From Hydrolagus colliei (Eukaryota): a stretch of 64,000 nt of DNA. The first letter of the stretch is position 1. Every line of letters begins with the position of its first letter. Location: assembly GCA_035084275.1 (NCBI GenBank), contig CM068759.1:3224001-3288000 (forward strand), read 5' to 3'. This document shows, one piece after another, positions 51,234 through 63,128 of the stretch. The notes under the pieces were generated by a model. The model was not told the DNA's origin. It saw only the letters and a list, made by a program, of their open reading frames with translations, and did no database searches. A program made the translations under genes and the position numbers.

Positions 51234-52341
51234 GATGACCTGTCCTCTCCACCACCCACCCCCTCACCCACCCACCACCGCCTTTCCTGGACTAGTGTTG
51301 CAAAAAGGTTCCTCACTCTGTTTCCTGGCTGTACATTTTATAGCCTCGACAAAAACTGTATCCCATCACTTCAGATTTTAACATTAAAACAGTACGAGGA
51401 GCTACAATTATGTAACAAGGTACGCAGGAGAACAGTAGATTAAGTAGCCATAAAATCAATAGAATATTACCATGAATCCACTAGACAGAGAGGCTTGGGG
51501 ACATTCTTGTAGACCTACAAGATACTGTACCGGAAAGTGCCAAACACAGGTTAGTGGATTGAGAGCTTGGATGTTATGAATGCAATCAAATTCTCCTTCT
51601 GGATGAATTGTCGCGACTGAATTAAATCCTACATAAATCGGAACCATAATAATAATCCTTGCATTTGACTATCCAAATAAAAGCTGTTGTTAAATATTTT
51701 AGAGTATATACATTTCCCTCCAGCTTTTCAATAACATTTTCAAGGCAGCACAAGCAATTATCAGGACTATGCCATTGTCTCCCTTTGCTGGTTTTTCCAA
51801 AGCCTTCGAGGGAAAATAAGATTTTGTCTTTACTAACAGCACACCTTATCATTCATTAGGGCTTAAGAGTTCAATGTCGCTCAATGTGTTATTTGTGACA
51901 ACTTAATACACTTTGACAACTTGCTTTATTTTCCAAGTGAGAAACACCGAACATTTTGAAGTCATTTCCTTTCTGCCACATGTTATTTCTTTCCATTTCT
52001 ACCACATTCTCATATTCGAAACCTTTGCCTTGCTGGTTACAGTTACTTAATATTCATGAATTCATTGTGTTGACAGTCTTACCCAGCATTCAATTACTGG
52101 CATAGTGTTACGACGAAGACTTTCCAGTTATCTGCACTGTCAAATCATTGTCCTGCAACCATCACAGGGCTTCAAAAATGCTTGCATCAGTCACAATGAT
52201 ATCTTAATAACCTACACTTTGCATTTCCGTGGCTTTTTCACTGTTCATGCAGTCCAGCGATGACTATACTTAACGTGGTGTATATTCCTGCCAATTTCTG
52301 AGCTCAAAAACAAAACTCAAAAAATTGTCTTTCTGAAACAC

Positions 52342-52630
52342 TGTAGTCCTGTAGCTCAGTGGTTACATGCGAGAATCCTGGGTTCGATTCCAGGCAGGGC
52401 GAAACCTTGGGCAAGTTTCCTTACTCCACATGCCTGAGAATAATCCCTCAACACAAAATTGGTCAATTAAATCCATGACTGTTTGTGGGACACTGCTGTA
52501 CAAAATGGCTGCCACGTTCGCCCCTAAAAATATACAGTCAATTAACTTTACAGTACATTCTGTGAAACGCTTTGAGACGTCTAGAAGTCATGAAAAGCGT
52601 TACATCAAATGCAAGGATTATTATTGTTAT
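52342..52630 (+). mobile_element. Near full-length Deu-domain SINE (SINE2-1_CM-like)
   Basis: GTCCTGTAGCTCAGTGGTTA...GGTTCGATTCC...GACTGTTTGTGGGACACTGCTG...ATCAAATGCAAGGATTATTATT. Confidence 0.9.
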
Positions 52631-53644
52631 AATGCAGGAAAACCAACGAAGGGTTTCAATGTTTCCTCAGGAAAACACACCATTTTCCGTGCTAGATCTG
52701 AGGTATTTTTCTTCTGTTCAGTTAGGTGCACCTAATGAGCCCAATGTTCTTCTTCCTCCCTTAAAAAGATAGTGAGGCCGAAGAATTAAATCTATATTAA
52801 AATTAGTCGAATTGACAGCAAAGCTCCCAATAATGCACTCCCTGAAAATGCACTCCAACACTCCCCACTCCCTCTCCCCCTAGCTCAGCTTCAGCATTTG
52901 CCACTGTTAAGAGGCACCCCCACCCACGACACTACTTGGTGTGAAGGGTGCTATTTAAAGGCAAGTTGTTGTTGTTGTATGGCCGGTCAGTACTGAGAGC
53001 ACAAGCTCCAAGTGCTTAATGTGGCTTGTTCCATACAGATCTTACCCCCAAGCCACTTTGTAGAAAATACATGTTGAATTTTGGAACAATAGTTTAACCC
53101 GGCTTCATTTGGCTGATTGATGTTAGTCTCCGGTTGAAGCCTTCAGTTGATAATTTGCTGACGAAAAATCATGGCATCCAGTGTAATTTGGCAAGATATT
53201 ATGGCAGCAATATTCAGTGGCGTGTAAGATGTAACATTTCCCTTTGTCCGAAGGTTAAAGTATTTTTTCTCTGTGTGTCTCACTGAGCTCTTAGCAAAAG
53301 GTTCATCTCAGGCAGGAAAGGTGGAGAATTTGCTCTTTGATGAAAGCTATTAGGCATAATTCCTGGTCTTCTATTTGGCGGGCTGAGAAAAGTGCTAGAA
53401 TGTGAGTTCATTCAGCCTCAGATTGCAGAAATAACCTTGGGGTGAGGAGGTGGGGAGAGAAAAATAGCAATTGCAGCAAATGGGTTGTAGAGAATGCTTG
53501 ATAAAACTAAAAGGAACCATTAGTGCAAGGTGACGTTATATTCTGCATGGCCTTGGAAACATACCCATCACAAGAATTTTGCAGCACATTTTGTACACAA
53601 TAGTTGATTTGTTTACAGAGAATTTCTACAGAAAAGGCTGTTTG

Positions 53645-54040
53645 CGAGTGTGGTTAAATTGACAGCACTCTAGTATGGGGTCCCTAAGTTGTGAGTTCAA
53701 GACCCATGCCAGGGATTTCGAGATCATGCTATCCACGGCAGATACTCCAATGCAGTGTTGGGGGAGTACTGAGTTTTCGGAGGTGCTATTCTTTGGATAA
53801 GGCATTGAATGGAGTGGGGACTTGGGGGTGGAGTGAGTTCTCCCTGCCTGTTGTGGTAGACGTAAAAATTCCGATGGCACTGGTTTGAAAAGAATCTTGG
53901 CCAACAAACTGTGTCTTGGTAAACAATCTTCCAGTTAAATTGTTCATTCAGCTCCTAGCTATTTGCTGGACATAAGTGCCCTACTTAAATTTTTGAAAAA
54001 TAACTCTGTGAAACACTTTGAGATGTTTCAACTTCATAAG
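53645..54040 (+). mobile_element. Old DeuSINE (SacSINE1-like)
   Basis: GTTGTGAGTTCAAGACCC...TCGGAGGTGCT...GACGTAAAAATTCCGATGGCAC...TGTGAAACACTTTGAGATG. Confidence 0.6.
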
Positions 54041-54439
54041 GGTCTAGAAGCATAAAAATGCAAAGGGCAGAACGAGGTCATTCAGCTCATAGTCAATGCT
54101 GGCTCTTGTAAACAATATATTAATACCTAGTTTGGGATAATATATTAATACATATTCTGGACATACAGATATCCTAGAGCCATCGTGAAAAGAAACTGAA
54201 CAAGGCTAAGTTCCATCAACTGAATTGTTTGAAGTGGACTTTAAGTAGGAGCATTGGAGAGTAAGGTAGATTGAACTAAACTCAAGTAGATTAGAGAGGG
54301 GGGAGACAAGATCCAAAGGGGTGAAACCTTTGAGACCACAAAAGGTTTGGGTGATTACACCTCAGAAAGATATAAAGGGAGTAAAGAAATTTTTTTAAGT
54401 ACCCAAATCTTAGTTGAGCCCATAAGGTGGGAACTTGGT

Positions 54440-54560
54440 TGAGCACATGTCTCAGAGGGGAACTTATAATAGGCATATAACATGCTTAATGGGATACAGA
54501 GTGTAAAGCTCAAACAATACTTTTAGATTCACAAAGGCAAAAGAGGGGGCATGTTCTAGG
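54440..54560 (+). mobile_element. CR1 ORF2 remnant
   Basis: CTCAGAGGGGAACTTATA...TATAACATGCTTAATGGG resembles the LRGDLI..YK...G motif of CR1. Confidence 0.45.
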
Positions 54561-54780
54561 TAATCAATAATAAAACAAGCCAGTTGGTATTTTGGACGGA
54601 AGAAATCCTAAAGCCTTCTTTATCTGAGATTACTTAATCACTTGTGAACACCTTACTTAAAGGAAGTCTATTTTCACATAACCATCTGGGAGTAATATGT
54701 GTTACTGTTAAACTAACATTTTTGATTAGTTATGGTATTCAGTATTCTGCCACAATTATCTAACCAGTTGGTTCTCCTGT

Positions 54781-55137
54781 ACAACAACAAAATTACATTT
54801 GTAGAGCACCTTTCAGGTTGGGAGGATGTCACAAGACGCTGAACAGTTAGGAGTCAGGAGGGCAGGTTGGGATAAGGGAGGGCTGACAGGTAGTAAGGCA
54901 GCTGAAGGAATGGTCAAAAGAGAGGGTCTTCAGGCAAGGGAGGGAGCAAGGTGAAGGGATTGTGGGGTGGAGTTCTAAAGGCTGGGGGCAGAGAGGCTGA
55001 AAGCCCGGCTGTAGATGGTAGGGTGGGTCAGGCGGGAGACATGGAGCAGACTGGAACCTGTTGAATGGAGGGAGAGGACAGTTTGATAGAGGGTTAGAAG
55101 GTCAGAGAGGTAGGAGGGATACAGGTAGACATCATGG
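54781..55137 (-). mobile_element. L2 LINE 3' end
   Basis: (CAA)n AATTACATTTGTAGAGCACCTTTCAGGTTGGGAGGATGTC...TGGTCAAAAGAGAGGGTCTTCAGGC...GAGTTCTAAAG (antisense L2 C-terminus). Confidence 0.8.
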
Positions 55138-55789
55138 CTGGACCTCTAGTTTATAAATTGTACAAGCACAATCCTGCCCGAACCTGAATTGCTCAAATGA
55201 TCTGGTCACTTACACATTGGAAAAAATGCATCTCTAGGCATGGAAGTACAGTATGCTTACGTAATCGTATCCATAAAGACAAAAGGAAGAAAGAGCACAT
55301 GTTTTGCTATTCTCCCATCCAAGGGATAAGTAGTCAGGATGGGAATATTTTTAATTCATTCTCCCCAACAATAAATAGTAGGGATTTATTACCAGTGTGA
55401 TCAGTGTCATTGGTCGAGTTTGGATAGATCTAAGGAACTCACTTCCGATAAGGCTGTGCATTCGGCTTAGCGTTGCAATGACCTATATTGGTACTGAAAA
55501 AAAGCATACATTTGTTTCCAAAGTTGCTTTCATAAAATGTGAATGTTGCTGCTGGTGAAAAAAAATGATCAAGTTAGCATTCCTGTGATCTCCTCAGTTA
55601 AACAGGTTTTAGCCATTGTGGAGTTACAGTGTACACACCACATTTTTTTAAAAAAGTACTTTTAATGACTGGTGTGTAAAATCGCAGAAGGATGGCAGGT
55701 TTACATGAAACACATGGCATTAGTTCTCTCTCCCCACCACCCCCCACCGTCCCCCGCCCCCACGTCCCCACCCAATTGGCTATCTAGGA

Positions 55790-57050
55790 TTCCCTGGCAT
55801 CTTGAAGTGAGCTAATTAAAAGCAATGTGCTGATAAGAACAACTTGATAAGTCTCTGCATTAATTCTATGCCCATTTACTTTGTACATGGGGGTCATAAC
55901 CGTTCCAGGTTGTATGAGTGAGGATTTGCATTTTTATTAGGCGCGCTGTTAATTTTTTCCCAGGAAAGTAAGTGCATTAAATCCTGGATGTAATCCTGCT
56001 TTGCTGCAGCTGGGGAATAACCATTCGCTTCTTTCCATTTGCCGATTTCATCTTTTCGCAGCCTAACCAACATGCTACAGTAGGGTTATTTTTTATTCGG
56101 GGGGAGGGGGGGTTAGTTTATATAAATGTCTGATTGTTTTATTTCCAGAGTTTTTGTTTTAGAAAATGAATATTGTGGAGAATAGAAAATTGTACATTTT
56201 CTCCCCACTCAAAATAACAGTGTTTCTGTAAAACAATGGTTCAACTTCCCTTTAAAAATTGTTGCAATCACAAATATTATGGAGTCAGATGGGAACATGG
56301 TAATACTGTACAGTTGCATCATCTTGCTGCCTCTGCAGCTTTTACAAACTGTGAGCTTCCCACTGAAAATATCTGCCAAACGGATGCAGCAACCACTTCA
56401 AGCAAGCTTATAATGAACAAATCCCCCCCCACCACCACCCAAAATACCAATTACTGGAAAAGATAATGAGTGCCATTTATTTTAACGTCGCTATCCATTC
56501 ATAATGGAGGCATGCAATGTCTGGTCTGTTATTCAAGATAATGTTGGGATGGGATGGGGGCGGGGGGTGGAGGGGGGAGGGGGTGGGGGGGCGCATGGTG
56601 AAGCAACAACAGCCTCTCTCCAGTTCACACAGAATGCTGTGGAACACCTACACAACATTATTTGCTATCCAGTTTGTAAAGCACTTCATTATACGAACGA
56701 TTGCCAGACTAGGAACATTGCAGCATTATTCATTCCTAGAGAATAATCCTGGTAATGGGACCATTTTTATTCAGAGGCCGGTTGTGCATCATACCAGCGC
56801 TGTTTAAAAGACACTTCTTCAATAATCCTCAACCCCCCACCCACCCACCCACCCCACCCCCACCTTTTATGTGCTCCAAGGAGAAATGCATAATTTCATT
56901 GGAATACCAAGTGGAAGATTTCAGTTTTTATCGCCGTATTTGAGTAACATGGCCAAAGCAACTGCCTGACAAAGTTCAATCTTTTCACAAACCTGCTCCA
57001 CTGAATTCAGTCAACAAAATTAATCCACAACAAACGATTCGGCAGAGTAC
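55790..57050. promoter_or_regulatory. Candidate conserved non-coding element / enhancer cluster
   Basis: No repeat recognised. Contains TAAT/ATTA homeodomain cores, GATAAG twice, an ATTTGCAT octamer and TAATCC twice. Conservation was not tested. Confidence 0.3.
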
Positions 57051-59193
57051 AATAGCTACAAGCTAGTTACACAGACAGGGACGCTGGCTGAATACCAATG
57101 AGCTCTTCCTACTGCATTCTCACGAAACTCCACAATGTAAAAATCACCCAGCTCACTGCTGTTGCTCAAGAAAAATAGAAGCCACCAAAAATCAATGAAA
57201 CCACAAGTCAAGTAACCTCTGCTGCCAACTGAGTCTGATGCTTGTACAGTAATGTCGAAAGGAACATTAAAATGCACTCTATTCAGGATATTTTGCTTCT
57301 AAAAAAATAATTGGGGCAAATAACCCTATGATTTTGTACATGAAGTACTCTTTTCATGAGCCAGAAACTGTTAAAGTTTACTTTGTGGGGTGGGGGGAGA
57401 AATATAAATTGCTGGACATTTTGGAAAAGCACTACAATTATTCTGTGAATGTAGGTTAGATCTACGACTTGTTAGTTCAAGTGGGCTCCGTAAATGGCGG
57501 GGTTGTGCGTGAGTGGACAAGAAAGACACAATAAAATGGCAAAAGCGATTACCATCAACGTGGAAGTTTTTCCGCGCAAGAACTGCGTCAATACCTCAAA
57601 ATATGTCGTCGAGATCACCCCACTGCAAAGGCATGCACTCCAACCAAGTGGGAAAGGCGTAGAAATTGGCCTTTAGGAATGGACTGAAATAGCCAATAAA
57701 ACATTTTGGTTCATCCCCTTAGAAATCGACATTGGGGTGCATTCCACAGTGAGATTCCTCAAGAAGAAGCCCAAGTAGGTATTGCTTTGGAAGAGCAGAA
57801 GTACATCTCACCCATTCAAAGCAGCTCTGTTCTAAAGGCAGATCGCACTGGAGTTCCTGTGAGATGAAGAAGTGACATGCTTCCGAGTGCCTTCATTACT
57901 AAGCAATCCTGTTAGGAAATATTGCAGTTGCTGTGGGTTATATACAGCTGTACTCATGAATCTTAAATCTGCAATGGGTAATGTGTTTCAGATCCTTCTT
58001 CCGAAGAGGGTAAACCAACACAGAAAGCCGCTCAACAGGTTTGCGTGGGCTGCAGCTGGATCAGTACGCTATGTGCTTATGTGCGAATTTAAACAGAGTA
58101 CCTCAGAATCACTTTAGTAAATGGCCAGTTCCAATTAGAGAGTAAGAATCAGCCCATCATATAACATGTAACTGCTGTTCACAGCAGTCCGTTTATCATC
58201 TGATGCATCTTTGATCGACTAACGGCTTGACAGAATGACCAATGTAATCTATGGATATACACTGCAATTGTGGTAGTAATTTTACTAAAGCAACGCAAGC
58301 GAAAGGACCAGTTACCATGCGGCGGAGATTGACAATGTGCTGCAATAGTATGCGACAAAGACGAGAGAACAAAAACAAGACAAATTGCCAGCATAAGATT
58401 GGGAAGACACACAGAGCTCTCTTGTCCTTGGCCCCTCAAGCATGTTCTGAAACAAAGCCCTAGTAAAACACGCAGGCGAAGGATCATATTGCCAAATGCT
58501 TGTCAATGGGGAGAATCAAGACAGAACCTACCCATGAAGTTGGGAGAAAAACATTATTATAAAGACCTGTACATTTGTGACTGGAACCAATACCAGGTTG
58601 GGGAATCCTCTCGTTGTTATCCATAAATACTGCAGTCAGCAGCACGAGAATTTAATGCAATCTGAAGCAGATGATGTGTTAAAAAGCACCCGCCTGCGGA
58701 ATTACTGCATCAATTGCAACAGGTTCAAAACATGGAAGGAAAAAATGAATTGACCCTTTAAAATGTTGCAGGGTCAAATGTGATAGGTCGGTCCATTGAT
58801 GGACCCCATCGCAATTTATTACTTCAGCTGAGTGATCAGTGGATATTGGTACTGCTGAGGTTGCCTTTCGCTCTGTGCCAACATTAACAAACGTTAATTC
58901 AATCTGATACTCACTGTATTCTCAGAAGTATAAAAAACTCATGGCTACAAGTCAGGGTATTTTGTGAGTGTGTGTGTGTGTGGGGTGGGGGCGGGGGGGG
59001 GGGGGCAGGGGGCGTTGAGAGGTAATTTAAACCATTAGTGCATTGAAAAAAAACTGGAAAGCTTTACAAAACAAAAAGGCGATTGAGGTCTTGGTTATTG
59101 TTTTAGAAAAAATTTAGGTCAACATGTGTTCAAGGAATGTTGCTTGAAAAGAACTCTTTGACACATTCCCTCTCTGAACCTCAAAATAAGAAG

Positions 59194-59910
59194 CACACAT
59201 TTTTCTTCAACCTTAGACATCAAATCCATGTCCTGCCCTGAGCAACCTTTAGAAGTTGACGTTTCTTCACAACATTCACTCTTGGCTCATTGTGTTGTTT
59301 TTCACCCTATAAAATGTTTTCACCCCATTCTGGGACAATTTGTACAGCCTTGGCTTTGTCTGTCCATGCAGCTGTCAAATATGCTGGCCTATGTTTGTTG
59401 CACCTTTCTTCACCAACAGCTTAAAGGAATGGATCCATCGCTAGCAAACATGTCAACTTACTCCATGGGAGGAACATGCTAAACCCACCATGGTCCAGGA
59501 GGCAAGCAAGTAGAGTATAGAATATTACATATGAGATATAACCTGAAATATGAACCAATTATCAAAGTCCCCAATCTGTGAGAGTATGAAATAAGATAAA
59601 GCAGTGCTTTAAATAATACAGAGTCTGTTTCCAGGAAATGTCTGCATTTTATAATGCTGATGGGAGCAAGCACCAGCTTATATTTTCCCCAAATTTCTAG
59701 ATTTCCACAAGTAAAGATAGAATTTCTATCTATGTGGCTATCACATGGGACATCCTCCTGACATGAAAGGCACTATACAAGTGTAATTTTGTTGTTGTTA
59801 TCACATATTTCTCTTCGACCCAAGACATCAAATCTATGCCCGTCTCTGAGCAAACTCTGACAACTTGATGTTTCTTTGCAGCATTCACTCTTGGCTCATT
59901 GTGTTGTTTT
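59194..59910 (+). repeat. ~108-bp direct repeat pair (59194-59302 and 59802-59910)
   Basis: Both read CACA.ATTT.TCTTC.ACC..AGACATCAAATC.ATG...CTGAGCAA...CATTCACTCTTGGCTCATTGTGTTGTTTT. Confidence 0.85.
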
Positions 59911-59965
59911 GATGTTTTTCTCAGTACCTATATTCACAGTACCTGACCATTTGGCCCAACTTTTC

Positions 59966-60714
59966 TGTGTTGCCATTCATGCTTCACATGAGCCTCCATC
60001 CTATTACCTTATCCCCCTCGCTTCCAAAAAGAAACTACTCATATTTTATGAGTCGATCAGCATTCAAGCAGAAATGTGACTATGAACAGGGATTCATGCA
60101 TGTTGAATACTCAATATCCAACATTGACCCATCCACCTGGACTATCAGAGCTCATTCAATTGGCTGCCGCATTTCGCCCACAAGTATGCAGTCAATTCAC
60201 TTTACAGTATATTTTGTGAAGCGCTTTGAGATGTCTAGAAGAGCTGAAAAGTGCTACATCAAATGCAAGGATTATTATTATTATTCACTGGGGAAAGCAG
60301 ATTGGACGGGATGACTGATTGGCACCAATGGGGTATGCAATGGCAGCGCGGCTCATGACACAAACAAATAATCTGCCAATCCAGCCAAAAATACATTACA
60401 ACCAGGCACACAGAGCTGCCAGGGCATTAATTAAGGAGACTTTTGTGATTCTTAAGCAGAGCTTGCTCCTCTGTTTGTACCGCTCTAGAGGGAATGTTGC
60501 AGTACGCCCCTGAGAAAGATGCCAAAATAATAGTTGTCTGCTGTGTGTTGCGAAATATAGCCATGCTGAGAGGGATATAGTACTACTATAAGCCTGTGTG
60601 TGAGAATTGCGGCACAGACTTACAGATCAGGGTGAGGAGGGAGCAAAGGGATCTCCAGGCAATGCACAGCAAACAGGCAAGCGAGTGCGTCAGAGCCTGA
60701 ATACAAATGTTTTC
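59966..60714 (+). mobile_element. PIF/Harbinger DNA transposon transposase remnant (pseudogenised, SINE-interrupted)
   Basis: Frameshifted pieces in the correct order: CVAIHA..., YESISIQA.CDYEQGFMHV, LFTGESRLDG*LIG..GYAMAARLMT, HYNQAHRAARALIKETFVILK, CLYRSRG..LQYAPEK..KIIVVCCVLRNIA, GKRVRQSL...F. These correspond to the Harbinger/HARBI1 DDE domain. Confidence 0.85.
60157..60285 (+). mobile_element. Deu-domain SINE 3' fragment inserted in the Harbinger remnant (candidate TSD ATTCA)
   Basis: AATTGGCTGCCGCATTTCGCCCAC...ATCAAATGCAAGG(ATT)n. ATTCA at 60154-60158 and 60283-60287. Confidence 0.85.
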
Positions 60715-61039
60715 AAGTCCAATGTTTTCAAGTTTCACCTCATTTCACCTCATTTCCTTTAGAAATTCTAAACACTTTAGAATGATGAAAACAACGCACC
60801 TGAAACTGTGCAATATTCTCGCATCCTTGACATGGGCTCAAGTGACATATGCCCTTTTGACTTAATATGTTGGTGACCAGCTACTAGGTGCTTCTAACAA
60901 CAACAACTATGCTAACAAGCACCCATTAATATTCCACAGAACAATACACAACTTCTGTTTCTGGAGTCCTGTCAGTCTCTGGAATTCGCAAAAAGGTGAG
61001 TTGGTAGCACTCTCAAAAACATGCAGAGACACTATTGTA

Positions 61040-61190
61040 TGAAAACTAGCTGCGTCATTCACCTACAAAAATACACTCACTACACTCTGCAGAAAGACCT
61101 CGTGAAGCACTTTGAGACTTTTTGACGACGTGAGAAGACAATGTGATTTTTTGGTATCAAATGCAAGGATTGTTATTATTATTTTATTAT
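61040..61190 (+). mobile_element. Deu-domain SINE 3' fragment (older)
   Basis: GTGAAGCACTTTGAGAC...ATCAAATGCAAGGATTGTTATTATT. Confidence 0.7.
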
Positions 61191-62422
61191 TATACCTTAC
61201 GAGTCACAGCTTAACATTCCCGATCTCAGTCCCCAAGGCATCCGATGTAGTCCTGAGTGATGATGCCTCACCACCCACCACACGCCATCCAAAGGTCAGC
61301 GTTTGAAACTGAAAACTGGATTTATAATTGAGAACGTAAATTCAGCCCCTATAACATCTTGCAAGGAAAATGGATCGATTTATTTTTCAACGTTCTGCTT
61401 CATTCTTCAAAGCCAAATGATTGGCTTCCACATTTCCAATCAGTCAGGCAAGCACAAGTGGGGTAGTGTGGGGGCATTAGCACATTTCAAACCCCTTTGC
61501 TTTCAATAATCATCGCTGAGAGTCAAGCAATTTGAAATATCCCACACTCAGCTGCACCCGCTTCAGTGTGAACTGCGTGAACTGGATGCTTATTCTTCAT
61601 ACACATTTTCTAATTACGCGTGCCATGATTTTTATGCTGAAGCACATAAGAGTCAGCCCAACTTAGATTTCCTGCATCACAACTCCCTGCAGATTTCCCC
61701 ACTGGTATCTCACTCTGTTAGGTCCAGATACCGATTCCCTCGACTCCTTGAAAAAATAAATGATGGCTGAAAACTGTAAGTCTGGATTATAAAACATCCT
61801 TCAATTTGGCCGTTGAAAGCATCCTATAATGAGTGAGCTCGCCAAGCCAAATCCTGTCCTCTCGGCAAGCTTGCAAAGCCTCCAATGAAGGTTTTTTTTC
61901 ATTTGGGATCCCCACTTCAGTTTTAAAACACTCTTCGATGATAGCACTGGACGCGCTCCTTAACTCCTTAATGGTCTAATATTGAACGAAAAACGAAACC
62001 ATCTCTCCAGGACATCTAATATTCTGTGTGGCTCTCAAACTGATCTGATGTAATCATTTAGCCTTGATGATCGAGTTAATGAAAGTCCCAGTGAAAATAA
62101 TTGCATCCAAAGCCACATGGGATATCCTCTATGTCGGTCTAACAGTCAGGATATTTGTCATTTATGATTAAGCGCCGCTCTAACTTTGATTCGCTTTGTT
62201 TGAAGAAAGCTTTGCAATTGCGATGCACTGTATGCTGGATTCCATTCCTTTTAAATGAATGCAGTACTCTGGAACATTCATTTAAAAGGAACACGGGCCA
62301 ACAAGTCCAATTGCATGCATTCCCACTCGTGTTATAGTATCCCATGCTCTCTGTAACTCAATCCCAGGAGCGCCTCTGGCTTGCCCTCACCTTTCCCCTC
62401 CCTGCCTGAAGACCTACATGTT

Positions 62423-62746
62423 TGGAATCTTGTAGCTCAGTGGTTGGATCACTCACCTTACAAATGAGAGACATGGGTTTGATTTTAGGCCGGACGAAAC
62501 CTTGGGTAAGTTTCTTTACTCCACTCACATGATAAAAATCGCTCCAAAAACCCCAATAACAAATTGGTCATTTCAATCCACAATTTTTTTAATCCTTTTT
62601 ATATGTACCAAACAGTGCATAATTGGCTGCCATGTTTCTCCCACATATATACAGTCAACTCACTTTACATTATGTTCTGTGAAGCACTTTTGAGACGTCT
62701 AGAAGATGTGAAAAGTGCTATATAAAATGCAAGAATTATTATTATT
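62423..62746 (+). mobile_element. Full-length Deu-domain SINE nested in an L2 3' fragment
   Basis: TGGAATCTTGTAGCTCAGTGGTT head through AATGCAAGAATTATTATT tail. The flanks CCCTGCCTGAAGACCTACATGTT and TGATTGCACTTATGGTCA rejoin into an L2-like 3' sequence. Confidence 0.85.
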
Positions 62747-62934
62747 GATTGCACTTATGGTCAACTTCCCTCACTTCCCAGTTACAAAGAACACAGCACA
62801 GAAACAAGATGTTTTGGCATCAACCAATCTGTGCCAGAGATAGATACGTGAAGCTCTCTGAGATGTCCTCATGGCGTGAAAGGCATTCTACAAAAGTGAA
62901 TCACTGTTGCTGTCGAATGTAAATAAATGGTATG

Positions 62935-63128
62935 CTCTTACATAATAACATATGCATTTGCAAGGCGAAAAAAGACCAAGGTCCATCTAGTTCGCCTTCC
63001 ATCATTCTGGCAATCGCTTGACATGTTATGTCCCAAACTGTATACTGTATTCTGAAATACTATTTTCTAGGCAGAAATCTAATTAATCTAATCAATCTAA
63101 TCTAGTCTAATCTAATCTGTTCTTGAAA
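62935..63128 (-). mobile_element. CR1 3' end with a (TCTAA)n expansion
   Basis: AAAGACCAAGGTCCATCTAGTTC...TGTCCCAAACT...AATCTAATCTGTTCTTGAAA is the reverse complement of the 9066-9246 family. Confidence 0.65.
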
